The notes under the pieces were generated by a model, which saw only the letters and a program-made list of their open reading frames with translations, made no database searches and was not told the DNA's origin. Made by a program: the position numbers and the translations under genes. A stretch of DNA of 48,687 bases, from contig MU271274.1 of the NCBI GenBank assembly GCA_021432655.1, forward strand, positions 62,001 through 110,687, written 5' to 3'. Below, one piece after another: positions 48,047 through 48,687 of this stretch. Origin of the DNA: Atractiella rhizophila. Lineage: Eukaryota. How positions within the stretch are numbered: position 1 is the first letter of the stretch; the number at the start of each line of letters is the position of its first letter.

Positions 48047-48674
48047 TTGCGTTCTCGCCAAACCGGGAAGAATGGACGCCTCCTCTCCCGCACCTATATA
48101 GGCTCAACTCCTGATCCATACCGTCGAATCCGGCAACACAATGGTATTCTGAAGAATGGAGGTGCATGGAAAACAAAACGAGGTCGTCCATGGGAGATGG
48201 AAATAATAGCCCATGGATTCCCCTCCAAACTCACCGCTTTGCAGTTTGAATGGGCATGGCAGAACCCGGAGAGGAGCAGGCATCTTGCGCTGGTTGTGGA
48301 TGAGGAAGGAGAAGACGTGAAGAAAGCCAGGTTCAAGAAACACCCCCTGGCATACACCATGAAGAATAAGATTCTGGTGCTTCAATCTATGCTCTGCTCG
48401 CCTCCGTGGGATCGATTTTCTCTCGAAGTTACGATCTTTGGGGAGGATAGCTTGGCCGCATGGGAGGATAACCTTGAACCAACGAAGGAGCCCGGGAGGA
48501 TCAAGAAGGTGAAGAAAGCAGCGCCGGCGGTGAATATTAAGCTAGAAGAGGATGAGATCTCCAAACTCAAGCTAGTGAAGGTCCACAAACGCTTTGAAGG
48601 TGTGGATGGAGGTCGAGCCGAGCGCGAACCAGGTGAAATGATGGGTTCGACAAATCCTTATGTTGCGAATGACG
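48047..48674 (+). CDS. SLX1: Structure-specific endonuclease Slx1 (GIY-YIG), partial
   Basis: Open frame missed by the ORF track: LRS...TYIGSTPDPYRRIRQHNG...GGAWKTKRGRPWEMEIIAHGFPSKLTALQFEWAWQNP; donor GTATGC at 48675. Confidence 0.93.
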
Positions 48675-48687
48675 GTATGCTCCTTTT

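Noticed and set aside
233..48588. Numerous antisense or alternative-frame ORFs in the track (e.g. 14200-14736, 22853-23356, 43630-44085, 48104-48385)
   Set aside because: They are shadows of real genes on the other strand or frame and show no independent motifs.

Overview
Intron-rich fungal genomic DNA, most likely a basidiomycete (inferred from GT-AG introns mostly 45-75 nt with CTRAY branch points, an MP88-like mannoprotein and a DUF6534-like membrane protein). In order the window holds: an internally deleted Ty1/copia element (LTR end, half-tRNAiMet PBS, truncated gag), a trypsin-like protease pseudogene, an orphan gene, AMP deaminase, a DUF6534-like membrane protein with a tandem duplication of its promoter and 5' end, metacaspase, family-3 aldehyde dehydrogenase, an Ecl1-like Zn-motif gene, a CLC channel carrying a 1683-bp internal tandem duplication, an OHCU decarboxylase-like gene, SmB, RPL11, VPS51, an MP88-like GPI protein, a GFA/CENP-V protein, a CPA2 cation/H+ antiporter, the 5' half of an MFS transporter followed by a TpA-rich decayed repeat, an assembly gap, and part of SLX1. 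The most unusual signal is a pair of oppositely oriented paralogues (30245-32028 minus, 35524-37234 plus) sharing two domains I cannot assign, one a putative Zn finger ending KRPAVIRxHLAxC...LxRLCxLQxDA. Also notable are CpA-to-TpA RIP-like decay of the repeat at 46.3-47.9 kb and two haplotype-like tandem duplications that each have a single extra A at the junction. Exon boundaries were inferred by hand; no database searches were run.
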